NCBI GenBank assembly: GCA_017514105.1
Contig: JAFWKY010000015.1
Location: 20,834-84,833, forward strand
Direction: 5' to 3'
From: Candidatus Saccharimonadota bacterium
GTDB taxonomy: Bacteria > Patescibacteriota > Saccharimonadia > Saccharimonadales > Saccharimonadaceae
DNA length: 64,000 nt
The position numbers were made by a program, and so were the translations under genes. The notes beneath the pieces were generated by a model. It saw nothing but the letters and a program-made list of their open reading frames with translations, was not told the origin of the DNA and did no database searches. Below, in pieces: positions 1-8,361 of this stretch. The stretch's first letter is position 1, and every line of letters begins with the position of its first letter.

Positions 1-1
1 T

Positions 2-1342
2 CCGGCTCAAGAAAACTACGCCGAGTTGGCTTTGCGCACCATTCATGACGGTGTGATATTGACCAACAAACTCGGTATCATCCAATATGTCAACCCAGCA
101 GCCGTAATTATGCTAGACTGTGGTTCGGCCGAGAACGCAATAAATCTAGACTATGGCCTACTAGTAAGAATCGAGACCAAAGAAGGTCGTGAACTTTCCG
201 AAACCGAGAATCCTCTTACTATCGCAATGAAGACCGGCCAAGCCTTGGACAAATACGCCTGTTGTCTGATTTCTGGCGCCAGCGCCAAGCGCATCCCGAT
301 TTCTATTTCTGTCTTGCCGGTCCAGGGCGACAAGCGAATTATCACTTTTCGTGATATTGCCAAAGAACTCGCCGAGGAAGGCGAGCAGACCGAGTTTATT
401 TCTACTGCTTCGCACGAGATGCGTACGCCAGTTGCTACAATTGACGGCTACCTCTCCTTAGCGCTCAATCCACAGACAGCTACTATAGACGAACGTGCTC
501 GCGGCTATCTGGAGTCCGCTCACGCTGCTTCGCAACACCTTGGCCGGCTTTTCCATGATTTGTTGGACGTCACAAAGTTGGATGACGGCCGCATCCGCCC
601 ACAATTTGTCCCAGTAGAACTGACCGGCGAAGTAAAGAAAATTTCCGACGATTACATTTCTCGCATGAAAGAAGCCGGGCTCAATTTTCGTTTTGGTTCC
701 AAAGATTCCGAATTTGGCGGTGAGCCACGTCGTCTAGACCAAGTAATTTATGGCTTCGTAGACCTCGGTTTTTTGCGTGAAATAATGGATAATTTACTTG
801 ATAACGCCATCAAATACACCCCGTCTGGTGGTTCAGTTTATGTTGGCGTGCTTGGTGATGGCGATCGCGCATTGATTAATGTTACAGATACCGGTGTTGG
901 CATCTCCTCTGACGACCTGCAACACATTTTCCAGAAATTTTATCGTTCTGACAATTCGGACACTCGCGAAGTCGGCGGCACAGGACTGGGACTTTACCTA
1001 GTGAAACAACGTGTAGAGGCTATGGGCGGTCGTGTTTGGGCAGAGTCAGCCTTTGGCGACGGCTCCACTTTTTACGTCTCTTTGCCGCGCATTTCTGGCG
1101 AAGAATATGAGAAACGCATGATTGCCGTACGCAATGCTCAGATGATTAACCAATCATCACCTGTGGCGACCACTCAGCCAACTGCGCCATCAGTACCAGT
1201 AGCGCCTCAGCCGCCCGCTCCGCCTGCGCCACCAATTCCGACAACGCCGTCTGTGGCGAACGCTACGCCACCCGCACCACCAACACCTATAAATCAAACT
1301 AATATCATCAACAATAATATAAACGGAGGAATTTCCCAATGA
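2..1342 (+). CDS. PAS-domain sensor histidine kinase (5'-partial), Pro-rich C-terminal tail
   Basis: H-box ASHEMRTP, N-box NLLDNAIKYT, G-boxes DTGVGI and GTGLGL; frame is open to the window start. Confidence 0.9.
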   Translation, partial: PAQENYAELALRTIHDGVILTNKLGIIQYVNPAAVIMLDCGSAENAINLDYGLLVRIETKEGRELSETENPLTIAMKTGQALDKYACCLISGASAKRIPISISVLPVQGDKRIITFRDIAKELAEEGEQTEFISTASHEMRTPVATIDGYLSLALNPQTATIDERARGYLESAHAASQHLGRLFHDLLDVTKLDDGRIRPQFVPVELTGEVKKISDDYISRMKEAGLNFRFGSKDSEFGGEPRRLDQVIYGFVDLGFLREIMDNLLDNAIKYTPSGGSVYVGVLGDGDRALINVTDTGVGISSDDLQHIFQKFYRSDNSDTREVGGTGLGLYLVKQRVEAMGGRVWAESAFGDGSTFYVSLPRISGEEYEKRMIAVRNAQMINQSSPVATTQPTAPSVPVAPQPPAPPAPPIPTTPSVANATPPAPPTPINQTNIINNNINGGISQ

Positions 1343-1923
1343 AAGTAATGGTAGTAGAAGATGACGCGGCACTCCGCGAGATTTACAGCATACGTATCGC
1401 CGCTGAAGGCTACGAAGTAGTATCAGCCGGTGATGGCGAAGAAGCACTTGCAGTTGCAGTACGCGAAAAACCAGATTTGATTCTTTCTGACGTCATGATG
1501 CCAAAAATCTCCGGTTTTGATATGTTGGATATATTGCGTACTACACCAGAAACTGCCAATATCAAAGTGATTATGATGACAGCACTCTCTGGCGACGACC
1601 AGCGTGCTCGCGGCGAGAGACTCGGCGCCAACCGCTATTTAGTAAAGTCGCAGGTTGGCATCGAAGATGTCGTGAATGCCATTCACGAAGAATTGGGCGA
1701 TCGTGCTTCTGCGTCGTCACAAGCGACAGATGCTACGGCTCAACCAGTCGCACCAGGCACCCCTGCTGCTCAGCCAGCCACTCCGTCTACGACTAACCAG
1801 GCAACACCGCAACCTGCCGCACCAGTAACTATCTCCAACGATTCTCCAGCCGCAGGCCAGATTTTCGAAGTACAAAACGGGCTCGGCTCACAGGGCTACA
1901 ATGGAACCTATCAGGCTCAATAA
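1339..1923 (+). CDS. Response regulator receiver protein with low-complexity Pro/Ala/Gln tail
   Basis: VVEDD, DLILSDVMMP, MTA, YLVK receiver motifs; ATGA overlap with the kinase; GGAG upstream. Confidence 0.9.
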   Translation: MKVMVVEDDAALREIYSIRIAAEGYEVVSAGDGEEALAVAVREKPDLILSDVMMPKISGFDMLDILRTTPETANIKVIMMTALSGDDQRARGERLGANRYLVKSQVGIEDVVNAIHEELGDRASASSQATDATAQPVAPGTPAAQPATPSTTNQATPQPAAPVTISNDSPAAGQIFEVQNGLGSQGYNGTYQAQ

Positions 1924-2677
1924 ATTTCTCGCCGAACGTCTCGGACTCTCTCGTCGCGAAGCGGATAACGCCATTGCGGCTGGCAAGGTGACTGTTGACG
2001 GCAAAACAGCCGTTCTAGGCTCCAGGATTGACAAAAACAGTAAAGTATGCTATAATAAAGATATAGTTCCGTTTGCTACGGAATACACTTATATCGCATT
2101 CAACAAGCCAGTTGGTTATGTCTGCTCTCGCCGCGCGCAAGGCCCTGCGCCTACTTTGTATGATTTGCTTCCGTCTGAATTCCAGAAGCTAAAAACCGTC
2201 GGTCGTTTAGACAAAGATTCTTCGGGCTTGATTTTGCTGACCAATGATGGCGATTTTGCTTTTCAGATGACACACCCAAAGTTTCACAAAGAAAAAGTAT
2301 ACGAAGTGGAGTTAGACCACCCTCTAGAACCTCTACATCAACAAATGATTTCGGACTTCGGCATCATGCTGGATGACGGCCCTAGCAAGTTCACGGTAAT
2401 CAGAGAGGACAAGAATCTTTTTTCTGAGGTATTTCGGAGCGCGGCAGCGCGAGAGATAGCGCCGTCCGCCCGTGGCGACGGGCCGGACGGACGCGGCCTC
2501 AAAAAAAATGGTTCTTGCCCTTCTTATACCGTAATCCTTTCCGAGGGCCGCAACCGTCAGATTCGTCGTACTTTTGCTGCTCTCGGCTACGAAGTCACAA
2601 AACTTCATCGCATTCAGTTCGGCAAATTCATGCTCTCTGGCCTAAAATCTGGAAAATATGTTATAATAAAACCATGA
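1901..2677 (+). CDS. S4-domain rRNA pseudouridine synthase (RsuA/RluB family) carrying a ~38-aa in-frame palindromic insertion
   Basis: RLNKFLA S4 domain, NKPVG, VGRLDKDSSGL catalytic motif, EGRNRQIRR. Confidence 0.9.
   Translation: MEPIRLNKFLAERLGLSRREADNAIAAGKVTVDGKTAVLGSRIDKNSKVCYNKDIVPFATEYTYIAFNKPVGYVCSRRAQGPAPTLYDLLPSEFQKLKTVGRLDKDSSGLILLTNDGDFAFQMTHPKFHKEKVYEVELDHPLEPLHQQMISDFGIMLDDGPSKFTVIREDKNLFSEVFRSAAAREIAPSARGDGPDGRGLKKNGSCPSYTVILSEGRNRQIRRTFAALGYEVTKLHRIQFGKFMLSGLKSGKYVIIKP
2407..2520 (+). repeat. Palindromic element family A, copy 1 (in frame in the pseudouridine synthase)
   Basis: 71-nt core 2428-2498 matches 9139-9209 except for 2 compensatory changes; self-complementary flanks caagaatctttttt...aaaaaaaatggttcttg. 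Confidence 0.85.
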
Positions 2678-3897
2678 GCACTATTCTTGGATTAGACATT
2701 GGTACAGAATTCGTCAAGGCCGTCCTCGCCAGGTCAGGCAAGCGCGGTGAGATAGAAGTGCTCGGCATCGGCAAGGCGAAACAACGCGACAGCAGTATGT
2801 ATGCTGGCGCAATTGCGGACATTCCGGCCGTGGTTGGTACTTGTGAAGAGGCTCTAAATCTCGCCGAGCAGCAGTCTGGCGAACGTGCCGAAACTACAAT
2901 AGTCGGTGTGGCCGGCGAACTAGTCAAAGGTAGCACCTCCACCGTTCACTATTCGCGCAAAGAGCCTAACAAGCCTATCACCAACGAAGAAATGGACGAA
3001 ATCATCAAAAAAGTCCAGCAAAAATCTGGCGAATACGCCAAGAAAAGTGTCGCTCTTGAGACTGGCAACGAAAACACCGAGGTCACATTGACTAATTCCG
3101 CGATCGTTTCCCTCACTATTGATGGCTACAAAATCAGCAACCCAATTGGTTTTAAAGGTTCAGATATCGTTATTCAGTTCTATACAGCGTTTGCGCCGAT
3201 GATTCATGTCGCTGCCATTGAGAAAGTTTGTGCCGAACTAAACCTAGACTTGCTCACCGTTGCAGTAGAACCATTTGCGGTTTGTCGTGCTTGTCTAGGC
3301 GACGATTTGGATTCCAATTTCTCCGGTATAGTTATGGATATTGGTGGCGGCACCACGGATATCGCAGTCATTGAAGACGGTGGCGTTGAAGGCACCAAGA
3401 TGTTCTCTATCGGCGGCCGTAGTTTTACTCACCAGATAGAAGAGGCGCTCGGCGTAGATTTTGACACAGCCGAAAAATACAAACTAGACTACGACGCTGG
3501 CAAACTTGATGACCGCCTGAAAGCCAAAGTAGAAACCGCCCTTTCGCGCAACCTTAGCGTTTGGTTGACTGGCGTAGAAGTTGCACTGGAGGAGTTTGAC
3601 TCGCTCGGCAGTCTGCCGCGCAATATTATGCTCTGCGGTGCCGGTGCCGGACTATCTTTGCTCCAAGAACAATTAGCGATTTCTGACTGGTACACCAGTT
3701 TGCCGTTTTCGCGTCGTCCTGTTATCCACCTAATTGATGTCGCCGAACTGCCAAATCTCAAACGTGAAGAAGATTTTGATCTAGACTACTCTTTTGCTAC
3801 CGCGCTTGGCTTGCTTCGTGTCGGCACCGACACGCTCGCTGGCGCTCCTGAGGAAAACAAACTCCGCGCCCGCATCGCCAAGATTTTGCAAAACTAG
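2674..3897 (+). CDS. ftsA: FtsA-family actin-like ATPase
   Basis: GLDIGT and MDIGGGTTD phosphate motifs, GGRSFT, AEKYK; start reset to ATG 2674 (ATGA overlap, TATAAT 6 nt upstream). Confidence 0.75.
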   Translation: MSTILGLDIGTEFVKAVLARSGKRGEIEVLGIGKAKQRDSSMYAGAIADIPAVVGTCEEALNLAEQQSGERAETTIVGVAGELVKGSTSTVHYSRKEPNKPITNEEMDEIIKKVQQKSGEYAKKSVALETGNENTEVTLTNSAIVSLTIDGYKISNPIGFKGSDIVIQFYTAFAPMIHVAAIEKVCAELNLDLLTVAVEPFAVCRACLGDDLDSNFSGIVMDIGGGTTDIAVIEDGGVEGTKMFSIGGRSFTHQIEEALGVDFDTAEKYKLDYDAGKLDDRLKAKVETALSRNLSVWLTGVEVALEEFDSLGSLPRNIMLCGAGAGLSLLQEQLAISDWYTSLPFSRRPVIHLIDVAELPNLKREEDFDLDYSFATALGLLRVGTDTLAGAPEENKLRARIAKILQN

Positions 3898-3975
3898 ATC
3901 GTTCTTCAGTCAGATAACTTTATATGCCACGACATGCTTTAGGCTTTGGCTTTGTCATAATTCGCTCCCAGCATA

Positions 3976-4009
3976 AACTTACCGCTATTATAGCTAATAG
4001 CGGTAAGTT
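3976..4009. terminator. Hairpin between convergent genes
   Basis: aacttaccgctatta-tagc-taatagcggtaagtt perfect inverted repeat. Confidence 0.6.
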
Positions 4010-4032
4010 AACCAAGCATAAGCAATATACAG

Positions 4033-4091
4033 GTGTCTACTTTTAGGGTATACCATAGAGTTATTAGTGTCTACTTTTAAGGGGACAGTTC
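4033..4091. repeat. 13-bp direct repeat gtgtctactttta (x2), resembling IS3-family terminal repeats
   Basis: Copies at 4033 and 4067; reverse complement of the second reads GAACTGTCCCCTTAAAAGTAGACA. Confidence 0.4.
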
Positions 4092-4097
4092 GCAAAG

Positions 4098-5630
4098 CTA
4101 GCGAGCTACGCAGCGTAGGCTCCAACCGTAGAACCGAGTGTGGCGGAACGCCGGGTAGACTGCACCCCAATAGTAGTATAGGTTGTACGCGTCGGGGCCA
4201 GAGACTGTGGTACTAGACCAGTAGTACCCGCTGCCCGTGAAATCGTACAACGTAGTATCGCCCAAGGCCCCAGACCGAACAAAGTATAACGGAGCACTGT
4301 TGATTAACGACAACCCATTAGCTGTATAACGTGCATCTGTACCACCAGCAGTAGTACTGCTTTCCGTAATCGAATCTTGCGCTACGCCATTCGCGACGAG
4401 CATCGCATTGAATTCCGATTGTACGTTCGACGTACCATTGTTTGTAATACCCTTCGGCAATCTCCAACCCGCAGGACAGACGGAATTTGGTGCCACTGCA
4501 TACTGTGCAGTGATACTGCTAGTATCATTACTTGCGACTGCCGCTGACCAGTTGTAGTAGTTGCCTACCTTGTAATGATCACACTGCGACGCCGTATGAT
4601 CCTCCATACAAGCAGCCGAGCCTTGATATTTCGTACCGTTATAGACGATGATTTCGTCACTAGTAAAGCTACTCGTCGCCGTATCATAGTATTTGCCCTC
4701 AGCATAATAAGGTTTGCTATTGTCATTTGTCCAACCAACGAGCGATGTTGAGCTACCAATGGCGAAGTTTGTGATGTAAGCCGGACTGCTCATCGTATCC
4801 GAGCGAGGCGTCCAGGTCGCACTGCTATCGCCTGTCGTCCAACCAAGGTCAGTATTAGCATGAGTATATGTAACTGCCGGTGACGGAGCGAAGTTGAGAT
4901 TCTGTGTCATCCAGAGTTGGTCTGCCGTACAGTTGTTATTCGCATCACGTGTCACACATAATCTCGCCACAGTGTAGGTATTGTTGTCACGCGTATCGAT
5001 AGCAGTAACTTCCTCGTTTAATGCCACATCCCCGCCCCAGCTTGACACTGTCTGCATTGTCGGAGTTGGTAACGCATTCGCCACCGCCGTAAAACTAATC
5101 TCTAACTGATATTCGCCAGACGGCTGCTGGATGTTCGCCTTCGCGCCAAACGTTACCGTACTAGTCCTACTATTAGTCGGGCTGTCGTTGGAGTCTAATT
5201 CTATGTTTTGCGTAAAAGGCAAATAATTTGTACTCACTAATCTATACCCCCAGCGGTTTTCGGTGAAACTATCTTCCGTATACCCACCGTCAAGTGGAGA
5301 CAGTGTGGGGATAGTTTCGGTGCCGCCATTTCGCATAAGTGAGGTGCTTTCAGACGACATTGTGAGGGTATAGCCAGTTGGATTATTTGTGCCTACGGAC
5401 ACACTAAGGTCCTGCGAACTAAATGCCGCAGTAGCCGGATTGATATCTAGTTCTACTGTATTAGTGGGAATGGTTACTACTAGACTTGGCTGGATGTTTA
5501 CTTCGTAGTCTAGATTCTCGGCAAAAGCGGAACCGCCAAACAAACTCAAAACTAGCAAAGAAATCAATAATGCAAAAACACAAGTATTATATAGTCGGCA
5601 AATATTGAGTTTTGTATGTATGAGTGTCAT
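4098..5630 (-). CDS. Secreted/surface protein with C-terminal FISUMP (Fib_succ_major, C-type-lectin-like) domain; probable DGR target
   Basis: Signal peptide, WMTQNL, GNYYNWSAA, CPAGWRLP, YYWSST, GWSLRCVAR; SD AAGGAG. Confidence 0.8.
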   Translation of the reverse strand: MTLIHTKLNICRLYNTCVFALLISLLVLSLFGGSAFAENLDYEVNIQPSLVVTIPTNTVELDINPATAAFSSQDLSVSVGTNNPTGYTLTMSSESTSLMRNGGTETIPTLSPLDGGYTEDSFTENRWGYRLVSTNYLPFTQNIELDSNDSPTNSRTSTVTFGAKANIQQPSGEYQLEISFTAVANALPTPTMQTVSSWGGDVALNEEVTAIDTRDNNTYTVARLCVTRDANNNCTADQLWMTQNLNFAPSPAVTYTHANTDLGWTTGDSSATWTPRSDTMSSPAYITNFAIGSSTSLVGWTNDNSKPYYAEGKYYDTATSSFTSDEIIVYNGTKYQGSAACMEDHTASQCDHYKVGNYYNWSAAVASNDTSSITAQYAVAPNSVCPAGWRLPKGITNNGTSNVQSEFNAMLVANGVAQDSITESSTTAGGTDARYTANGLSLINSAPLYFVRSGALGDTTLYDFTGSGYYWSSTTVSGPDAYNLYYYWGAVYPAFRHTRFYGWSLRCVAR

Positions 5631-5669
5631 TGCGGCTCCTTTTGTTAACCTACGGAGTCGAAAACAAAA

Positions 5670-5824
5670 TTCGGCACCGTAGGTGCAACCGTTCTAGCCT
5701 ATACACTCCCACTTTTCGGTGATCGTAAACAAGCCGACACGTCCTACGGTGCCGAACTTTATTTACGATTATTAAAATAGAGAGTACTAGACTTATGTCT
5801 TCATATCAAACTAGAACGGTTGCA
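5670..5824 (-). promoter_or_regulatory. Structured 5' leader (pseudoknot-like), copy 1
   Basis: Pairings 5811-5824/5684-5697, 5743-5756/5670-5683 and 5761-5769/5722-5730; lies between TATAAT (5839-5844) and the SD; same topology as 45198-45345. Confidence 0.7.
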
Positions 5825-5924
5825 TTTGTTCTAACCTCATTATAACACAAAAAATCTGAACACAAGCATTTTCTTTACGAAATTCTCCATTTTGTGCTAT
5901 AATACTAAGCCTGGGGAGGTATAT

Positions 5925-6062
5925 ATGTTCTTTATTCTAGGTATTTTTTCGTTAATCGTAATTACGATGTACGTACTTACTGCAAAAAAGGAAGAAGAAA
6001 CTTATCGCAAGCATCAAGAGCTGATTAGTCATCAAAACAGCAATTACGCTCGCAAACGATAA
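5925..6062 (+). CDS. 45-aa single-TM small protein (MFFILGIFSLIVITMYVLTAKKEEE...)
   Basis: TGCTATAAT promoter, GGGGAGGT SD, hydrophobic N-terminus; shorter than any ORF in the supplied track. Confidence 0.6.
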   Translation: MFFILGIFSLIVITMYVLTAKKEEETYRKHQELISHQNSNYARKR

Positions 6063-6091
6063 CGAAGACGCAGAATATTCTGCGAAATGCC

Positions 6092-6122
6092 AAAAAGCCC
6101 GCATTGTCCGCGGGCTTATTTT
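6092..6122. terminator. Bidirectional intrinsic terminator
   Basis: aaaaagcccgc-attgtcc-gcgggcttatttt between convergent genes. Confidence 0.6.
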
Positions 6123-6133
6123 ATTGGTTTAAC

Positions 6134-8014
6134 TTATTCTACTATAGCTTTAATGCGCCGCACACCGGCCGACGACGACTCCTCTTTTTTGATCTTGAAG
6201 TGACCGATTACCCCAGTATGTTCTACGTGCGGTCCACCGCAAACTTCGCGCGAAACCGGATTCTCAAAATCTCCAATTGTATACACCTTCAACTTTTCCG
6301 GATATTTATCCCAGAATTGGCCATGTGCTTTTAGAACGTCTCTTGCATAAGCCTTGTCATATTCGTCAAACACCACAGGAAGATCCGCCTGAATCCACTC
6401 ATTCACTTGTGATTCCACCGCACTGATTTCTTCCGGCGTCATCTTGTGATCCAAATTAAAATCAAACCTCACGCGGTCCGCCGTAATATTAGAGCCCTTT
6501 TGACAAATATCAGGTGAAACTATTTTCTGCAGAGCCGCCAACAATAAATGTGTAGCGGTATGATACTTCACTGTTTGCTCGCCGTGGTCTTCTAGTCCAC
6601 CCTTGAACATGCCTTTGGAGGCAGTTTGTGAGCGCTCGCGTTGTTCTTTCAACGCCTCGTCAAATTCTACGCGGTAGTTTTCAGTCAGTTTGATTCCCTC
6701 GCGGTAACACTCCTCAACCGATAATTCCATCGGGAAGCCGTAGGTGTCTTGCAACTTGAATAAATCACGACCAGTGAGAATGACACTGTTCTTAGCCATT
6801 TTTCTCAGTTCCTTGAGTCCTTTATTCAGGGTCTGTCGGAACGCTTTTTCTTCCTTGAGCAGTACTTCCAGCGCTACCTCACGATGCGTCAAAATTGAAT
6901 CTGGCAAATCGGCGTAATTATTGGCCACAATCGGCACAATTTCCGCCAAAAAGTCCGACGCGATTCCGAGATCCAGCGCCCGCATAATCGCGCGACGCAC
7001 CAACCGGCGCATTGCGTATCCCTGCGTCTTGTTGGACGGAGTTAGTCCTTGTGAAGCCAGTAAATACGCTCCACGAATGTGATCAGAAATTACGCGCATC
7101 TCGTCGGTGTTTGTATCGTACGATTTTCCAGATATTTTTTCCAGTTTATCAATGATTGGCTTCATGAGCGAAATCCTAAACACGTCAAACGACCCAATTG
7201 CCGCCGCCGCGATACGCTCCAGCCCGCCACCGAAGTCCACGTTTTTCTTTTCCAGTTCCTCAAACGTACCATCCGGCAAGCGACGATATTGCATGAATAC
7301 CTGATTACCGATTTCCATGAACCTCGCGCCATCTGATGCCGGATGTGCCAAGCCGTATTTTTCTACGTCTTGTTTGTCTTCACCAAAATCATAAAACACT
7401 TCAGAGTCTGGTCCGCAAGGGTCACCGATCGGGGTAGTTTCGCATCCACCACCGCGACTCCACCAGTTCTCGTGGTCATCATAAAAGAAAATTCTTTCCC
7501 CAGGTTTTATGCCACGTTTGTCGCCTTCTGCGGCTGAGCCAATTTCGGCGATTTTCGCTTCAATTCCTGCTTTCTTAAATACTTCTTGCCAAATCTCCGC
7601 TGCTTCGGTATCGCGCGGGATGCCGTATTTCTCATTGCCGATGAAACAAGTGACGTAGATTTTGTTCGGGTCTAGCCCGACCACCGAAGTCAGAAACTCA
7701 AAGAAATTAGAAATCTGTTCCTTTTTGAAATAATCACCTAGCGACCAGTTGCCGAGCATCTCAAAAACAGTCGTGTGACGCGGGTCGCCCACATCTTCGA
7801 TATCCTGCAAACGCATTGATGGTTGCGAATCGGTGAGACGCGTACCCATCGGGTGCTCTTTACCGAGCAAATACGGCAAAAGCGGCTGCATACCAGAGCC
7901 GGTGAAGAGCGTCGTCGGGTCGTTCTCTAGCACTAGTGGCGCCGGCTGAATAACTTTATGTCCTTTGCTTATCTGAAAATCTAAGAATTTTTGTCTAATT
8001 TCGTTTGCATCCAT
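6134..8014 (-). CDS. alaS: Alanine--tRNA ligase (short form lacking the C-Ala domain)
   Basis: DPTTLF, FEMLGNWS, GGGLER, editing motifs HTATHLL and CGGPHV, ends GVRRIKA. Confidence 0.95.
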   Translation of the reverse strand: MDANEIRQKFLDFQISKGHKVIQPAPLVLENDPTTLFTGSGMQPLLPYLLGKEHPMGTRLTDSQPSMRLQDIEDVGDPRHTTVFEMLGNWSLGDYFKKEQISNFFEFLTSVVGLDPNKIYVTCFIGNEKYGIPRDTEAAEIWQEVFKKAGIEAKIAEIGSAAEGDKRGIKPGERIFFYDDHENWWSRGGGCETTPIGDPCGPDSEVFYDFGEDKQDVEKYGLAHPASDGARFMEIGNQVFMQYRRLPDGTFEELEKKNVDFGGGLERIAAAAIGSFDVFRISLMKPIIDKLEKISGKSYDTNTDEMRVISDHIRGAYLLASQGLTPSNKTQGYAMRRLVRRAIMRALDLGIASDFLAEIVPIVANNYADLPDSILTHREVALEVLLKEEKAFRQTLNKGLKELRKMAKNSVILTGRDLFKLQDTYGFPMELSVEECYREGIKLTENYRVEFDEALKEQRERSQTASKGMFKGGLEDHGEQTVKYHTATHLLLAALQKIVSPDICQKGSNITADRVRFDFNLDHKMTPEEISAVESQVNEWIQADLPVVFDEYDKAYARDVLKAHGQFWDKYPEKLKVYTIGDFENPVSREVCGGPHVEHTGVIGHFKIKKEESSSAGVRRIKAIVE

Positions 8015-8089
8015 AGAGAAGATTATATCATATATTGCGTTTTATTTAAAATATGCTAAAATAAGGATAAGAATAATCAAAGGAGCCAA

Positions 8090-8290
8090 ATGGCACAAGC
8101 AAAAAGAAAAACAGCAACCAAAACTGCCAAAAAGACCACCTCGCGTACAGCGAAGTCTCGCACCGCAAAGAAAACCTGCGCCAAGAAATGCATTTCTAGT
8201 GCAGATCGTATGCACATCTACATCGTTACTGCTATGAGTATGATCGCGGTAATCTTGCTAGGTGCAGAAGTTGCTATGTTGATGGTCTAA
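8090..8290 (+). CDS. Small Lys/Thr/Ala-rich protein with C-terminal TM helix
   Basis: TGCTAAAAT promoter, AAGGAG SD, histone-like basic N-terminus. Confidence 0.7.
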   Translation: MAQAKRKTATKTAKKTTSRTAKSRTAKKTCAKKCISSADRMHIYIVTAMSMIAVILLGAEVAMLMV

Positions 8291-8361
8291 TTTCTGCATT
8301 GGTCAACTCTTTGCAATATCTTGCGATATTTTGTGACGCCTCTGGTGTTTTTGTGGCGTTT

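Noticed and set aside
1150-1860. Pro/Ala-rich tails of the kinase and regulator as repeat elements
   Set aside because: Low-complexity disordered protein tails without DNA-level periodic repeats or palindromes
2515-2673. N-terminal extensions in the ORF track (ftsA, mnmA, typA, tgt, 40800, rplA, 59710)
   Set aside because: They overlap neighbouring genes or promoters; downstream starts have SD or leaderless-promoter support
5670-5824. Invertible promoter or shufflon interpretation of the inverted repeats
   Set aside because: The repeats are interleaved, lie downstream of the -10 box, differ between the two copies and tolerate G-U pairs; no recombinase is nearby
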